64,000 nt of DNA, from positions 78,446-142,445 of the forward strand of contig JBASUY010000030.1 of the NCBI GenBank assembly GCA_049275655.1, read 5' to 3'. The translations under genes and the position numbers were made by a program. Below are positions 49,971 to 60,777 of this stretch, piece after piece. Each line of letters begins with the position of its first letter. Within the stretch, counting starts at the first letter, position 1. This stretch comes from Candidatus Omnitrophota bacterium (GTDB taxonomy: Bacteria; Omnitrophota; Gorgyraeia; Gygaellales; Profunditerraquicolaceae). The notes under the pieces were generated by a model, which saw only the letters and a list, made by a program, of their open reading frames with translations, ran no database searches and was not told where the DNA came from.

Positions 49971-50835
49971 CTTTATTCTCTAACCTGTTAATTATATTAT
50001 CTATTAACATCATGCTTACCGAAAGGCTCTTTTTGCCTATAACACTGCCGCAGGCAAAAATATTGCTGTAATTAGTAGCCATATTTTTATCAACTACTAT
50101 AAAATCATCCTTAATCAACACCTCTGTATTCTTTAAAAAATCAATATTTGATTTATAATTATCCATAAATAAAACTGCACATACCCCTAAGGCCTTGCCA
50201 CTCTTAAGCTTTATTGCCTGCACCTCTCCTTCGCCAATAACCTCAATTAAAGAATCACAGATAACCTCTATCTTTTTAGGTAAGTCTGAATAAGCAAGCA
50301 TAAAAGGGCTTAAAATCTTAACCTCTACCCCGTACCTATCTATTATCGCCTCTGCAACTTTTAAGGCTAGGCTATTTAAACCAACTATGCATACCGGATG
50401 TGCTATAAAACGCTTAAGAAACTCTTTAGTATCATCTAAGGTATATAAACGATAAGCACCTACTTTTCTAGCCCCGGGTATATCCGGAACAACCGGGCTT
50501 CTGCCGGAAGCGATAACTAAAATGTCATAATTAATGCTTCCCTTATCCTTAAAATATACTAAAAACTTTTCCGTATTTATACCGGATACTTTTTTATTCT
50601 TTAAAAAATTAATTCCTGCTTTCTGATAAAAATCCTCGTCGCATAAAAATATATCTTTTTCTTTTACTACTCCGCTTATAAAATCTGGTATCTTTAAATG
50701 GTCGTAGGAAAGGTAACCTTCTTGGCTAAGCAAGGTTATATTACAATCCCTATGCTTAGCCTTTAACCCTAAGGCGATATTATGCCCTGATACTGAAGCT
50801 CCTATAATAACTACATTACCCATCATAATCCGCAA
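49942..50835 (-). CDS. truncated FAD-dependent pyridine nucleotide-disulfide oxidoreductase-family protein
   Basis: N-terminal FAD Rossmann motif VVIIGASVSGHNIA. The second dinucleotide-site region is degenerate (IVGLNSLALKV). Only 297 aa with no dimerisation domain. Overlaps metF and the acsB-like gene. Confidence 0.6.
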   Translation of the reverse strand: MRIMMGNVVIIGASVSGHNIALGLKAKHRDCNITLLSQEGYLSYDHLKIPDFISGVVKEKDIFLCDEDFYQKAGINFLKNKKVSGINTEKFLVYFKDKGSINYDILVIASGRSPVVPDIPGARKVGAYRLYTLDDTKEFLKRFIAHPVCIVGLNSLALKVAEAIIDRYGVEVKILSPFMLAYSDLPKKIEVICDSLIEVIGEGEVQAIKLKSGKALGVCAVLFMDNYKSNIDFLKNTEVLIKDDFIVVDKNMATNYSNIFACGSVIGKKSLSVSMMLIDNIINRLENKDAGRVGASL

Positions 50836-51692
50836 GCGTCTAAGATTTCAGGCAATAGCCTCCCTAAGCCAATAGGCATAATATGCACTCCGTCACACAT
50901 CGGCCTTAGCTTCTTTATAAGGCTTGAGGCTATCTCTATAGCCTTAGCTGTTTTATCCTTAGCCTCTTCCATCTCTTTTATTAAAACTTCAGGGACCACA
51001 ACTCCGGCTACATTTTCGTTCATATATCTGGCCATGGTTGCTGACTTTAAAATGACTATTCCTGCTAAAATCTTAGTATTAAGATGCCTTACCTTCTTTA
51101 AGAAATCTTCAAAGACCTTTAGGTCATAAACTGCCTGAGTCTGAAAGAACTCTGCCCCTGCGGATATCTTTTTTTCCATCTTTATAATCTCCGGCTCTAA
51201 AGGGTCTGCTCCCGGATTAACCACAGCGCCTAAATAAAAATCCGGATGTTTGCCGGTTAATCTATTGCCTTTTAAATCAGACCCGTTTTTAAGCATGCTT
51301 GCTGCCTGAAGTAGTTGTACTGAATCTAAATCAAACACAGGTTTAGCCTCCGGATGGTCTCCTGCTGTAGTATGGTCTCCGGTTAATATCAAAATATTTT
51401 CTATGCCTAAAGCTGCGGCGGACAAAAGGTCTGACTGCAATGCTAAACGATTACGGTCGCGACAGGTTAATTGATATATCGGCTCAAGCCCTTTTTCTCT
51501 TAAGATGCTCGAAACTACTAATGAACCTAACCGCAAGACAGAACTCTGCAGGTCAGTTACATTAAAGGCATCAACCCTGTTACGGATAATCTCAGCCTCC
51601 TCAATTACCTGCTTAGTATCTATACCTTTGGGCGGGCCAATCTCAGAAGTCACCATAAACTTTCCTGAACGTAATTTTTCCCTGAAACTCAT
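50823..51692 (-). CDS. metF: 5,10-methylenetetrahydrofolate reductase
   Basis: MTHFR TIM-barrel family (SFEIGPPKG-like N-terminus; ILTGD), 289 aa. Located between folD and the oxidoreductase. Confidence 0.85.
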   Translation of the reverse strand: MSFREKLRSGKFMVTSEIGPPKGIDTKQVIEEAEIIRNRVDAFNVTDLQSSVLRLGSLVVSSILREKGLEPIYQLTCRDRNRLALQSDLLSAAALGIENILILTGDHTTAGDHPEAKPVFDLDSVQLLQAASMLKNGSDLKGNRLTGKHPDFYLGAVVNPGADPLEPEIIKMEKKISAGAEFFQTQAVYDLKVFEDFLKKVRHLNTKILAGIVILKSATMARYMNENVAGVVVPEVLIKEMEEAKDKTAKAIEIASSLIKKLRPMCDGVHIMPIGLGRLLPEILDACGL

Positions 51693-52561
51693 TTATATCC
51701 CCCGCTTTCTTCTCTATAGCGCTCCTGAATAATAACTACCTCAACTAAATTACGCATAAGCATAGTAACGGTTAAAGGGCCAACACCTCCAGGAACCGGC
51801 GTAATAAAAGCGGCCCTTTTTTCTGCGCTATCAAATTCCACGTCTCCTACGATTTTATCTTTTATCCAGTTAATCCCCACATCTATTACTACAGAACCCT
51901 CTTTAACCCAATCCCCTTTAATTAAATTAGGGATACCTGCGGAAGAGACTAATACCTCTGCCCTGCTAATATGCTCTTTAAGCCTTCCAGATTCGCTTGT
52001 AGCTATATGGCATACTGTAACAGTAGCCATCTTTTGTAACAATAAAAGTGCTAAAGGCCTGCCTATTATCCGGCTATGCCCAACAATAACTATCTCTTTA
52101 CCGTATAAGTCTATATTGCTTTCTGCAATTAATTCCATAACCGCAGCAGGCGTACATGGGAGAATCCCCTCTTCCCCGAGCATGATTTTGCCTAAATTAC
52201 CAGGATGCATACCCTCAACATCCTTAGCCAAATCAATAGAAGCTACTGCCTTTTTATAATTAACATGCTCAGGTAACGGGCTTTGCAAGATAATTCCGTT
52301 TATAGAATTATCTAAATTTAATTCGCCTATAAAATCCAAGAGGCCGTTCTGAGTAGTAGAAAGAGGCAAATTATAAGGTTGGTAACCAATCCCTAACTCC
52401 CGGGCAAGTTTGGCCTGCGCATTAACGTAGCTTTGCGAGCTTAAGCTTTCTCCGATAATAATGCTTGCTAAAAGAGGCTTTACTTTTAAGGAGGATATAC
52501 GCCTTCTTAAAGTGTCTTTTATCTTATCGGCAATAACCCTACCTTCTAATAACCTTGCCAA
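51689..52561 (-). CDS. folD: bifunctional methylene-THF dehydrogenase / methenyl-THF cyclohydrolase
   Basis: FolD motifs (LASIIIGE, VVIVGHSRIIGRPLA, PVPGGVGPLT), 290 aa. Confidence 0.9.
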   Translation of the reverse strand: MARLLEGRVIADKIKDTLRRRISSLKVKPLLASIIIGESLSSQSYVNAQAKLARELGIGYQPYNLPLSTTQNGLLDFIGELNLDNSINGIILQSPLPEHVNYKKAVASIDLAKDVEGMHPGNLGKIMLGEEGILPCTPAAVMELIAESNIDLYGKEIVIVGHSRIIGRPLALLLLQKMATVTVCHIATSESGRLKEHISRAEVLVSSAGIPNLIKGDWVKEGSVVIDVGINWIKDKIVGDVEFDSAEKRAAFITPVPGGVGPLTVTMLMRNLVEVVIIQERYREESGGYK

Positions 52562-53099
52562 AGCTCTCCTCCATTTTAATTCTTATCTTCTTAAGAGCCG
52601 TAGACTTCTTATTAACCTCAGCAGTAATAGCGCGGGAAAATGCCTTGTCATCTAAGCCCTTTAAATTAATCTTAATATTAAAACAAGAAGAAGCAAATCC
52701 TGCTTCAAAAAGAACTGCCGCAATAACAACATCGCTTATCAATTTAGGGTTGCCTTTTCTTATAAGCAAGGGGCATATCTTTATTCCCTCAAAACAGAGC
52801 CTAGCAACCATAAAAGGCACATTTACCGCATCCCTTATATTTTTAGATTTATAGGCAATCGCATCTAAATCAACTAAACGTATAAATTCTTTTCTAAGCC
52901 GCTCACTTTGGCTTAAAGCCTCTTTTAACTTATCCTCATGCTTTAAAAACTTAGGGTTGCCTAAGGTAAAGTTTATCGCCATACTCATCAAGGCTGCAGC
53001 CATAGCAGCGCATAACGCGGCGGCAGAACCTCCTCCCGGGACAGGGAGCCTAGAAGAAAGTTCTTTAATATAATCCTCAAGGGTTTTATCTTTATACAT
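52539..53099 (-). CDS. fchA: methenyl-THF cyclohydrolase / formiminotransferase-cyclodeaminase C-domain family (FchA-like). Start taken at the internal Met (MYKDKTLEDY); the longest ORF extends to 53138
   Basis: FTCD_C signature LPVPGGGSAAALCAAMAAAL. The longer ORF would overlap yraN by 35 nt, so the Met at 53097-53099 is preferred. Confidence 0.7.
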   Translation of the reverse strand: MYKDKTLEDYIKELSSRLPVPGGGSAAALCAAMAAALMSMAINFTLGNPKFLKHEDKLKEALSQSERLRKEFIRLVDLDAIAYKSKNIRDAVNVPFMVARLCFEGIKICPLLIRKGNPKLISDVVIAAVLFEAGFASSCFNIKINLKGLDDKAFSRAITAEVNKKSTALKKIRIKMEESFGKVIRR

Positions 53100-53103
53100 A
53101 TTT

Positions 53104-53484
53104 TTAGTAACTAAAACCGCCACTGACTTCAAAGGCATCTTTAATTAAACTTAACTTAAAAGGAGAAGAAGAAAAATCTACAGAAACTACATCAAACCTT
53201 GCCCTTTTATTTAACAGAGAATTTTCTTTAAGAAAATTTAAAGCTACCTTAGATATCCTCCTCTGTTTTAAAGAAGAGACGGCTTCTTTTGCTAAGCCAA
53301 ACCTACTGCTCCTACGGGATTTTACTTCTATAAAACATAAGGTATCTTTATCTAAAGCTACTATATCTATCTCCCCAAACTTAACTTTATACCTTCGCGC
53401 TATTATTTTATACCCCTTGCCCTTAATAAATCTTACTGCTAAGTCCTCGCCGCTTTTGCCAAGGCTTAATTCTTTTTTAGCCAT
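53104..53484 (-). CDS. yraN: YraN/UPF0102 family endonuclease
   Basis: GE(x)DIVA...EVK motif typical of UPF0102, 126 aa. Conserved pairing with rnhB. Confidence 0.8.
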   Translation of the reverse strand: MAKKELSLGKSGEDLAVRFIKGKGYKIIARRYKVKFGEIDIVALDKDTLCFIEVKSRRSSRFGLAKEAVSSLKQRRISKVALNFLKENSLLNKRARFDVVSVDFSSSPFKLSLIKDAFEVSGGFSY

Positions 53485-54079
53485 CTAAAAAGCTTCTCCT
53501 GTGTATAGGCAAAGGGCCTAACCTCTTTAAGCTTTCTTTATGCTCTTTTGTAGGATAACCCTTATGCGCCTTAAATCCGTATTCAGGATAGATACGGTCG
53601 TAAGCAAGCATTATCCTATCCCTTGTAACCTTAGCAATAATAGAAGCGGCGGCTATACTCTTAGACTTAGCATCCCCCCGGATAATAGATAGATACGGCA
53701 ATGGCAGGCTTAAAGGCATATTCCCATCAACAATAATATAAGCCTTGCCCAGCTTTACCTTGCTTAACTTTCTTATCAAAGAACGCACTGCCTTTTGAAT
53801 AGCAAGGTGTGTGGCTTGAAGAATATTAATCCTATCTATTACCTTTTCGCCTACAATCCCTATGCCGATTAAAGAGTGCTTTTTAATCTCCGTAAAAGCC
53901 TTATCCCTTGCTAAGGGTGTTAATGCTTTTGAATCATTAATAATGTTTCTAAAGGTATGCTTCTTTAACAATACCGCGGCAGCTACTACCGGACCGGCTA
54001 AAGGCCCCCTGCCTGCCTCATCCACCCCAATAATAAACTTGTATCCTAAACGCTTAAATCTGCGCTCGTAATAGAGCAT
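53477..54079 (-). CDS. rnhB: ribonuclease HII
   Basis: GVDEAGRGPLAGPVVAAAV active-site motif, 200 aa. Confidence 0.9.
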   Translation of the reverse strand: MLYYERRFKRLGYKFIIGVDEAGRGPLAGPVVAAAVLLKKHTFRNIINDSKALTPLARDKAFTEIKKHSLIGIGIVGEKVIDRINILQATHLAIQKAVRSLIRKLSKVKLGKAYIIVDGNMPLSLPLPYLSIIRGDAKSKSIAAASIIAKVTRDRIMLAYDRIYPEYGFKAHKGYPTKEHKESLKRLGPLPIHRRSFLDG

Positions 54080-54091
54080 AGCAGGTAAGGC

Positions 54092-54439
54092 TTATTCTTT
54101 GCTTGCTATCTTAGTGGCGCGCTTGCCGAATTTTCCCCTTAAATAGTAGAGCTTTGCCCGCCTTACCTTGCCTAAACGGATAACCTCAATACGCTCAATA
54201 CTAGGAGAGTTAAGCGGAAAGACCCTCTCAATCCCCTCGCCATAAGAGACCTTTCTAATCGTAAAATGCTCACTAACCCCCTTACCCTCCCTTGCGATAA
54301 CTACACCTTCAAATGGATGGAGGCGGAATTTATCCGGGCCTTCAGGTATCTTAGTAAAAACCTTTATGGTATCTCCCACATTAAATGCAGGATGCTCTTT
54401 TTTAACAAATAACAATTTTTCTAAATTAGCCCTATTCAT
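54092..54439 (-). CDS. rplS: 50S ribosomal protein L19
   Basis: L19 signature ([27 protein letters not shown]), 115 aa. Follows trmD. Confidence 0.92.
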   Translation of the reverse strand: MNRANLEKLLFVKKEHPAFNVGDTIKVFTKIPEGPDKFRLHPFEGVVIAREGKGVSEHFTIRKVSYGEGIERVFPLNSPSIERIEVIRLGKVRRAKLYYLRGKFGKRATKIASKE

Positions 54440-55131
54440 TTTTCCTCCTTAATTTGTTTTTCAAAAAGATCGGGCCTGCGCTCCGCCGTCACCCTAATAG
54501 ATTCTTTCTTTCTCCAAACACTGATTTTTTTATGGTCTCCGGAAAGAAGGACCTTGGGGACACCCATATTTTTATAGTTAGCCGGCCTAGTATAATGCGG
54601 ATATTCTAATAGATTACCTTCAAAAGACTCAAAATTCAAGGAATTTTTGTCTCCCAATACCCCCGGCAACAACCTTACTACCGCGTCTATAAAGGCCATT
54701 GCCGGTAACTCTCCTCCGGTTAAGATATAATCCCCTATAGAGACCTCTTCATCAACTAAATATCTTCTTACCCTTTCATCTACCCCCTCATAATGCCCGC
54801 AAATAAGTATAAGATTCTTAAACTTAGCAAACTTTTTAGCTAAAGCCTGATTAAATACCTTCCCCTGCGCAGAAAAGAGTACAACCTTGGCTCTTTTTAT
54901 TTTAGATTTTATCTTCTCAACGCAATTAAATATCGGTTCAGGCCGCATAACCATGCCTGAGCCCCCTCCAAAGGGGCGGTCGTCAACCTTTCTATGCTTA
55001 TCTTGCGTATAGTTTCTTAAATCATGAATATAAAACCTTACCCTTTTTTTGGCTTGTGCGCGCTTCATCATAGACTCATTTAAGACGCAATCAAACATCC
55101 CGGGGAATATAGTTATTATATCTATCCTCAT
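54436..55131 (-). CDS. trmD: tRNA (guanine37-N1)-methyltransferase
   Basis: SPOUT knot motifs ([18 protein letters not shown]), 231 aa. Confidence 0.9.
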   Translation of the reverse strand: MRIDIITIFPGMFDCVLNESMMKRAQAKKRVRFYIHDLRNYTQDKHRKVDDRPFGGGSGMVMRPEPIFNCVEKIKSKIKRAKVVLFSAQGKVFNQALAKKFAKFKNLILICGHYEGVDERVRRYLVDEEVSIGDYILTGGELPAMAFIDAVVRLLPGVLGDKNSLNFESFEGNLLEYPHYTRPANYKNMGVPKVLLSGDHKKISVWRKKESIRVTAERRPDLFEKQIKEEK

Positions 55132-55133
55132 AC

Positions 55134-56261
<1,128 letters not shown>

Positions 56262-57251
56262 CTAGATTATAAACATTGCATCGCCATAACTATAAAATCT
56301 GTAGCGGTTATCTATCGCCTCCTTGTAGGCCTTTTTGATTAAATCTTCTTTCGCAAAAGCGGATACTAACATAAAAAGCGTAGTCTTAGGCAGATGAAAA
56401 TTAGTAAGTAGGCAATCGGCAAGTTTAAATTTAAACCCCGGGTAGATAAATAGGTTAGTAAAACCTTCGCTTAAACCTATCGCATACGCCTCTAATGCCC
56501 TTAAAGAAGTTGTCCCTACCGCTATAATCCTTTTCTTAGAAGCCTTGGCTGCTTTAATCTTCTCCTGAGTGATTTTAGGGACCTTAAAATACTCCGGCTC
56601 CATATTATGTTTAGTTATATCATCGGTTCTAACCGGCTTAAATGTGCCTAACCCTACATGCAAAGTAAGGTAGGCAATATCTATACCCAAAGACTCTATC
56701 TCTTTAAGCATCTGATGAGTAAAATGCAAGCCTGCTGTAGGAGAGGCAATTGCGCCGTCTTTTTTAGCGTAAACTGTCTGATAATAATCTTTATCTAACT
56801 CTTCAGGCGCTCTTTTTATATACGGAGGAAGCGGGACCTGCCCAAGTTGGTAGATATTATCCGCATCCTTCTTTTTAAAAGATATCTCTTTAAAAGAAGT
56901 TACTACCCCTACAACCTCACTTGGGGAAAAAGTTATCCTCTCGCCTATCTTTGTGCGGCTAGGTTGAATTAAAGCCTCAAACCTACTGCCGTCTTTGCGT
57001 TTAATTAATAATACCTCTACCTTGCCTCCGGTTGCCTTGCGTCCGGTTAAACGGCAGGTAAGCACACGTGTATCATTAAGAAGAAGAAGCTCTCCCTTAT
57101 TAAGAAAAGTTGTAAAATCCTTAAAATCCTTATGTAATATACTTTTATTTTTACGGTCAACTACCAAAAGCTTAGCTAAGGTGCGCTCCTTTAAAGGATA
57201 CTGCGCAATTAAATCTGCGGGCAAAGAGTAATCAAAAGTTGAAAGCTTCAT
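56262..57251 (-). CDS. queA: S-adenosylmethionine:tRNA ribosyltransferase-isomerase
   Basis: QueA family (MKLSTFDYSLP N-terminus, VAVGTTS), 329 aa. Confidence 0.92.
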   Translation of the reverse strand: MKLSTFDYSLPADLIAQYPLKERTLAKLLVVDRKNKSILHKDFKDFTTFLNKGELLLLNDTRVLTCRLTGRKATGGKVEVLLIKRKDGSRFEALIQPSRTKIGERITFSPSEVVGVVTSFKEISFKKKDADNIYQLGQVPLPPYIKRAPEELDKDYYQTVYAKKDGAIASPTAGLHFTHQMLKEIESLGIDIAYLTLHVGLGTFKPVRTDDITKHNMEPEYFKVPKITQEKIKAAKASKKRIIAVGTTSLRALEAYAIGLSEGFTNLFIYPGFKFKLADCLLTNFHLPKTTLFMLVSAFAKEDLIKKAYKEAIDNRYRFYSYGDAMFII

Positions 57252-57272
57252 TATGTATTGAATACTGGTAGG

Positions 57273-58454
57273 CTAACAAGAGCTTAAGTATTTAACAAGG
57301 CTATCTGTTATATCATCGTAAGAGAATATTACTATTCCGTCGGGATTTAAGGCCTCTATAGCCTTATATTGCGATATAAAGGCATTTGTGCTCTCCTTCA
57401 TTAAATATAACCCTAAACCCATAAATACCTTTCCCTTGGCCTTTAAAGCCAAAGACGCTAAAGCCAGTTCTTTAGCGAGCCGATTGTCAATTGTATAATT
57501 CATGATTACAACATAATCCAATATCCCCTCTTCAAGCCATAACGGCCAGTCTTGAAATAAACTTGAATAAGCCCTCTCTGAAGAGGCTACTACTGCAGAG
57601 GAAACCAACAAGTCTTTGGATTTATCTTTTACGCTCTTGGCTATTCCTCTTACCAACGCGGTTATTTGGTTTCTTCGCCAATCATCCCAGAGCATATGAT
57701 CCTTCGGCGTATTTAATCCCGTAAGCGGGTCAAGCCGTGCCCAGTCCTTAAACCTCTGTATATTCTTAACTCCGTAACCGTAACTTAAACCATACTTAGT
57801 AAACCTTGAGCCCGGTATAAACGGAACTGTCATCGGATAACGCGTATAATCAAGATGAACGCCACTAAACAGAGGATATCTATCTATGACCTCTTCTACA
57901 AGGGAGGTTAAAAATTTTACTACCCTCTGGTCCCCCGGCTCTAAAAACAAAAGCTCCTCTCTTAAATAATACTTATCGGATTCATTAGGCTCCTGCCTAC
58001 CCGAAGGCCTTAGGTACCGGTCTTTAGTCAAGATATCTTTACCGAACTTCTTTATTATATCCGCATTCAAATTATTCCCTAAACTTAACAAGTTAATCCA
58101 AGCAAAGACCTGAATATCGTTTGCCTTGGCTTCCTTTAATAAAAAATCTATCGTATCCTCCCCTGAAATATTTAAAATCTCTTCATACTTTAAGCGGCTA
58201 AGCTCCTTAGTATCATAATAAGCCTGGCCTGATTGATAGACCTGCAGATATATTTGGCTTATCTTCGCCTCCTTACAAAGCAAGACAAGCTTCTTTACCG
58301 CCTCTTTAGAATAGAGGACTTTATTTGCTGAAAATATGCTTACCCACACGCCCTTAGGGATGCCCCCAGAGAAAGAAGGAACCGTCAACCCTAAAAACAT
58401 AACCAAAAATAAAGCTAAAACAAATACTCTAAATAAAAATACCCTTCTTTTCAT
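57273..58454 (-). CDS. secreted glycoside-hydrolase-like TIM-barrel protein (GHL10/DUF4015-like), tentative
   Basis: Signal peptide MKRRVFLFRVFVLALFLVMFLGL. Family assignment is by weak recollection of GHL10-type proteins. Confidence 0.35.
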   Translation of the reverse strand: MKRRVFLFRVFVLALFLVMFLGLTVPSFSGGIPKGVWVSIFSANKVLYSKEAVKKLVLLCKEAKISQIYLQVYQSGQAYYDTKELSRLKYEEILNISGEDTIDFLLKEAKANDIQVFAWINLLSLGNNLNADIIKKFGKDILTKDRYLRPSGRQEPNESDKYYLREELLFLEPGDQRVVKFLTSLVEEVIDRYPLFSGVHLDYTRYPMTVPFIPGSRFTKYGLSYGYGVKNIQRFKDWARLDPLTGLNTPKDHMLWDDWRRNQITALVRGIAKSVKDKSKDLLVSSAVVASSERAYSSLFQDWPLWLEEGILDYVVIMNYTIDNRLAKELALASLALKAKGKVFMGLGLYLMKESTNAFISQYKAIEALNPDGIVIFSYDDITDSLVKYLSSC

Positions 58455-58984
58455 TTATCCTTCTTAGTGTATCTTTCTATCTCTGAATAAATACAACCGC
58501 AGTATTTCTGCATGTATAACCCTTTAGCCCTAGCCTCTTCGTGCGCCTTTCTAAAGCCGGGCCTGAAATCAAGGTAACAAAACTTAACCTCTTCTTCTTT
58601 GGATACTTCATCGCCTATTCTTTTTAACGCCTGATGGTCCTGATAGGGGCTTACCAAAAGCGTTGTAGTAAAATAATCAAACCCGTTAAGCTTAGCTATT
58701 ACGGCTGTTTTTTTAAGCCTTAATCTCCAGCATGCCAAACACCTTACAGGAGCATCTTCTTTAAAATTTACCGCCCTAAAAAATTCCTGCGGAAGGTATT
58801 CGGGAAAAATTAAATCTATATCAAAGCCTGCATTAGATAGTGCATCCTTTCTTTGTTTATACTCAAGAAAGGGATGGATATTGGGGTTGTAGAATAACCC
58901 AAAGACCTTAAAACCTTTAAGATTCAATACTTCTAAAGGATGAATAAGGCAAGGCGCACAGCAGATATGGATAAGGAGCTTCAT
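58451..58984 (-). CDS. queH: epoxyqueuosine reductase QueH (DUF208)
   Basis: N-terminal LIHICCAPC cysteine motif and C-terminal CxxC...C, 177 aa. Adjacent to queA and tgt. Confidence 0.8.
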   Translation of the reverse strand: MKLLIHICCAPCLIHPLEVLNLKGFKVFGLFYNPNIHPFLEYKQRKDALSNAGFDIDLIFPEYLPQEFFRAVNFKEDAPVRCLACWRLRLKKTAVIAKLNGFDYFTTTLLVSPYQDHQALKRIGDEVSKEEEVKFCYLDFRPGFRKAHEEARAKGLYMQKYCGCIYSEIERYTKKDK

Positions 58985-58994
58985 TTATAACTAC

Positions 58995-60047
58995 CTAGAA
59001 CAGCTCTTCCTGAGCGTCTTTAGTATATTTTATTTTAAAATGGTCAAATGCCAATTTAGTCGCAATCCGCCCGCGGGGAGTACGCTTAAGATAGCCGGCT
59101 TTAAGAAGATACGGCTCAACAGTATCAGCTATAGTATCTGCTTCTTCGTTAAGGCTGGCGGCTAAAGACTCTATACCTACAGGCCCGCCTGCGTATGATT
59201 CTAAAATTAACTTTAAGACCCTGCGGTCTAAATCATCAAGCCCGGCTTCGTCAATCCTAAGCCCGTCTAAAGACTTAGAAGCTATATCTATATCTATCTT
59301 AGAAAGTGAAGCTACCTGCGCATAATCCCTTATCCTGCGCAAAAGGCGGTTTGCTATGCGAGGAGTCCCGCGCGCCCTTCGAGCTATCTCAAGGGCGGCC
59401 TCCTCTGTAATCCCTATCTCTAAAATTTTAGCGGAGGCTTTAATTATTTTAGCCAAATCCTTATCTTCATAAAAATCTAATGTATAAAAAATACCGAACC
59501 TGCCTCTTAAAGGAGCAGCCAATAGCCCTGTACGGGTAGTCGCTCCTATCAAGGTAAAAGGTTTAAGGTTAAATTTTATCGTTTTGGCATACGGTCCTTT
59601 ATCAATAACAAAATCTATCTGAAACGTCTCCATTGCCGGGTAGAGAAACTCTTCTACCACCTTAGAGAGCCTATGTATCTCGTCAATAAAAAGAATGTCC
59701 CCTCTCTCTAGATTAGTCAAAATCCCGATTAAATCCCCTGCCCTTTCAATAGCCGGGCCGGAAGTAGCAGTAATTTTAGAGCCAACCTCATGGGCTATAA
59801 TATGCGAAAGCGAAGTCTTACCTAAGCCCGGCGGGCCGCTTAATAAGACATGCTCTAATGGCTCTTCCCTCTGCTTAGCCGCCTGAATAGAGACCTTTAG
59901 GTTATCTATTATATCCGTATGCCCTACAAACTCAGTGAACCTCTTGGGGCGTAAAGATATATTTAATACTTGGTCTTCTTCTGCCTCTTTTGCGTTGGTA
60001 ATAAGGCTATTGCCCTTTATCAGCGCTTCCCTCTCCTCTTGACTCAT
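58995..60047 (-). CDS. ruvB: Holliday junction branch migration helicase RuvB
   Basis: AAA+ Walker A GPPGLGKTS and sensor motifs, 350 aa. Confidence 0.93.
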   Translation of the reverse strand: MSQEEREALIKGNSLITNAKEAEEDQVLNISLRPKRFTEFVGHTDIIDNLKVSIQAAKQREEPLEHVLLSGPPGLGKTSLSHIIAHEVGSKITATSGPAIERAGDLIGILTNLERGDILFIDEIHRLSKVVEEFLYPAMETFQIDFVIDKGPYAKTIKFNLKPFTLIGATTRTGLLAAPLRGRFGIFYTLDFYEDKDLAKIIKASAKILEIGITEEAALEIARRARGTPRIANRLLRRIRDYAQVASLSKIDIDIASKSLDGLRIDEAGLDDLDRRVLKLILESYAGGPVGIESLAASLNEEADTIADTVEPYLLKAGYLKRTPRGRIATKLAFDHFKIKYTKDAQEELF

Positions 60048-60777
60048 AAGGCGTAATATTCTCCTTGTTTCTTAAAATCTCTATCTCGCCGAACATCCGG
60101 CTCTGCCTAGCCACAACCTCTTTTAGGCGCATCAACTCCAATATGGCAAGAAAGATAACGATAATCCCCATTTTATCTTTGGCCTTATTGAATAACTCCG
60201 AAAGCTTAACTTCTGTTTTAACTAATAAAAGGTGGAGTATATCATGCGTTGCCTGCTCAACCGTAAACTGGTCCTTAACTACCTCGTAAAAGACCTCCTT
60301 TGGGACATCCTGAAGCGCCTTAGAAAAAGCATTTATTAAATCAAATATACTCGCCTCAAAATAAACTTCTTTACTTTTCAAATCCTTAGCCTCTGCCTTT
60401 GCTTTAGGGCGCTTAAAAATATCCTGCTGGCTTGCTTCTTTTTGGCGCAGATTCTCGGCTATCTCTTTGAATTTCTCATACTCTAAGAGCCTCTTGACTA
60501 ACTCCTCGCGCGGGTCCTCTTCTTGAGCTTGAAGATTATCTGCCTCTTCAACCGGAAGAAGCATCTTAGATTTAATCTGCATCAATGTAGCAGCCATAAC
60601 CAAAAACTCCCCGGCAATATTTAAATCCAATAGTTGCATTAAGTTTATATACTGCATATATTGCTCGGTTACCTGAGCAATAGGGATATCATAAATATTC
60701 AAGTGGTCCTTTTTTACAAGGTACAAAAGCAAATCTAAGGGGCCTTCAAATATCTCTAACTTTATCTTATAGTTCAT
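60007..60777 (-). CDS. scpA: segregation and condensation protein A
   Basis: ScpA N-terminal kleisin motif FEGPLDLLLYLV, 256 aa. Confidence 0.85.
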   Translation of the reverse strand: MNYKIKLEIFEGPLDLLLYLVKKDHLNIYDIPIAQVTEQYMQYINLMQLLDLNIAGEFLVMAATLMQIKSKMLLPVEEADNLQAQEEDPREELVKRLLEYEKFKEIAENLRQKEASQQDIFKRPKAKAEAKDLKSKEVYFEASIFDLINAFSKALQDVPKEVFYEVVKDQFTVEQATHDILHLLLVKTEVKLSELFNKAKDKMGIIVIFLAILELMRLKEVVARQSRMFGEIEILRNKENITPYESRGEGSADKGQ

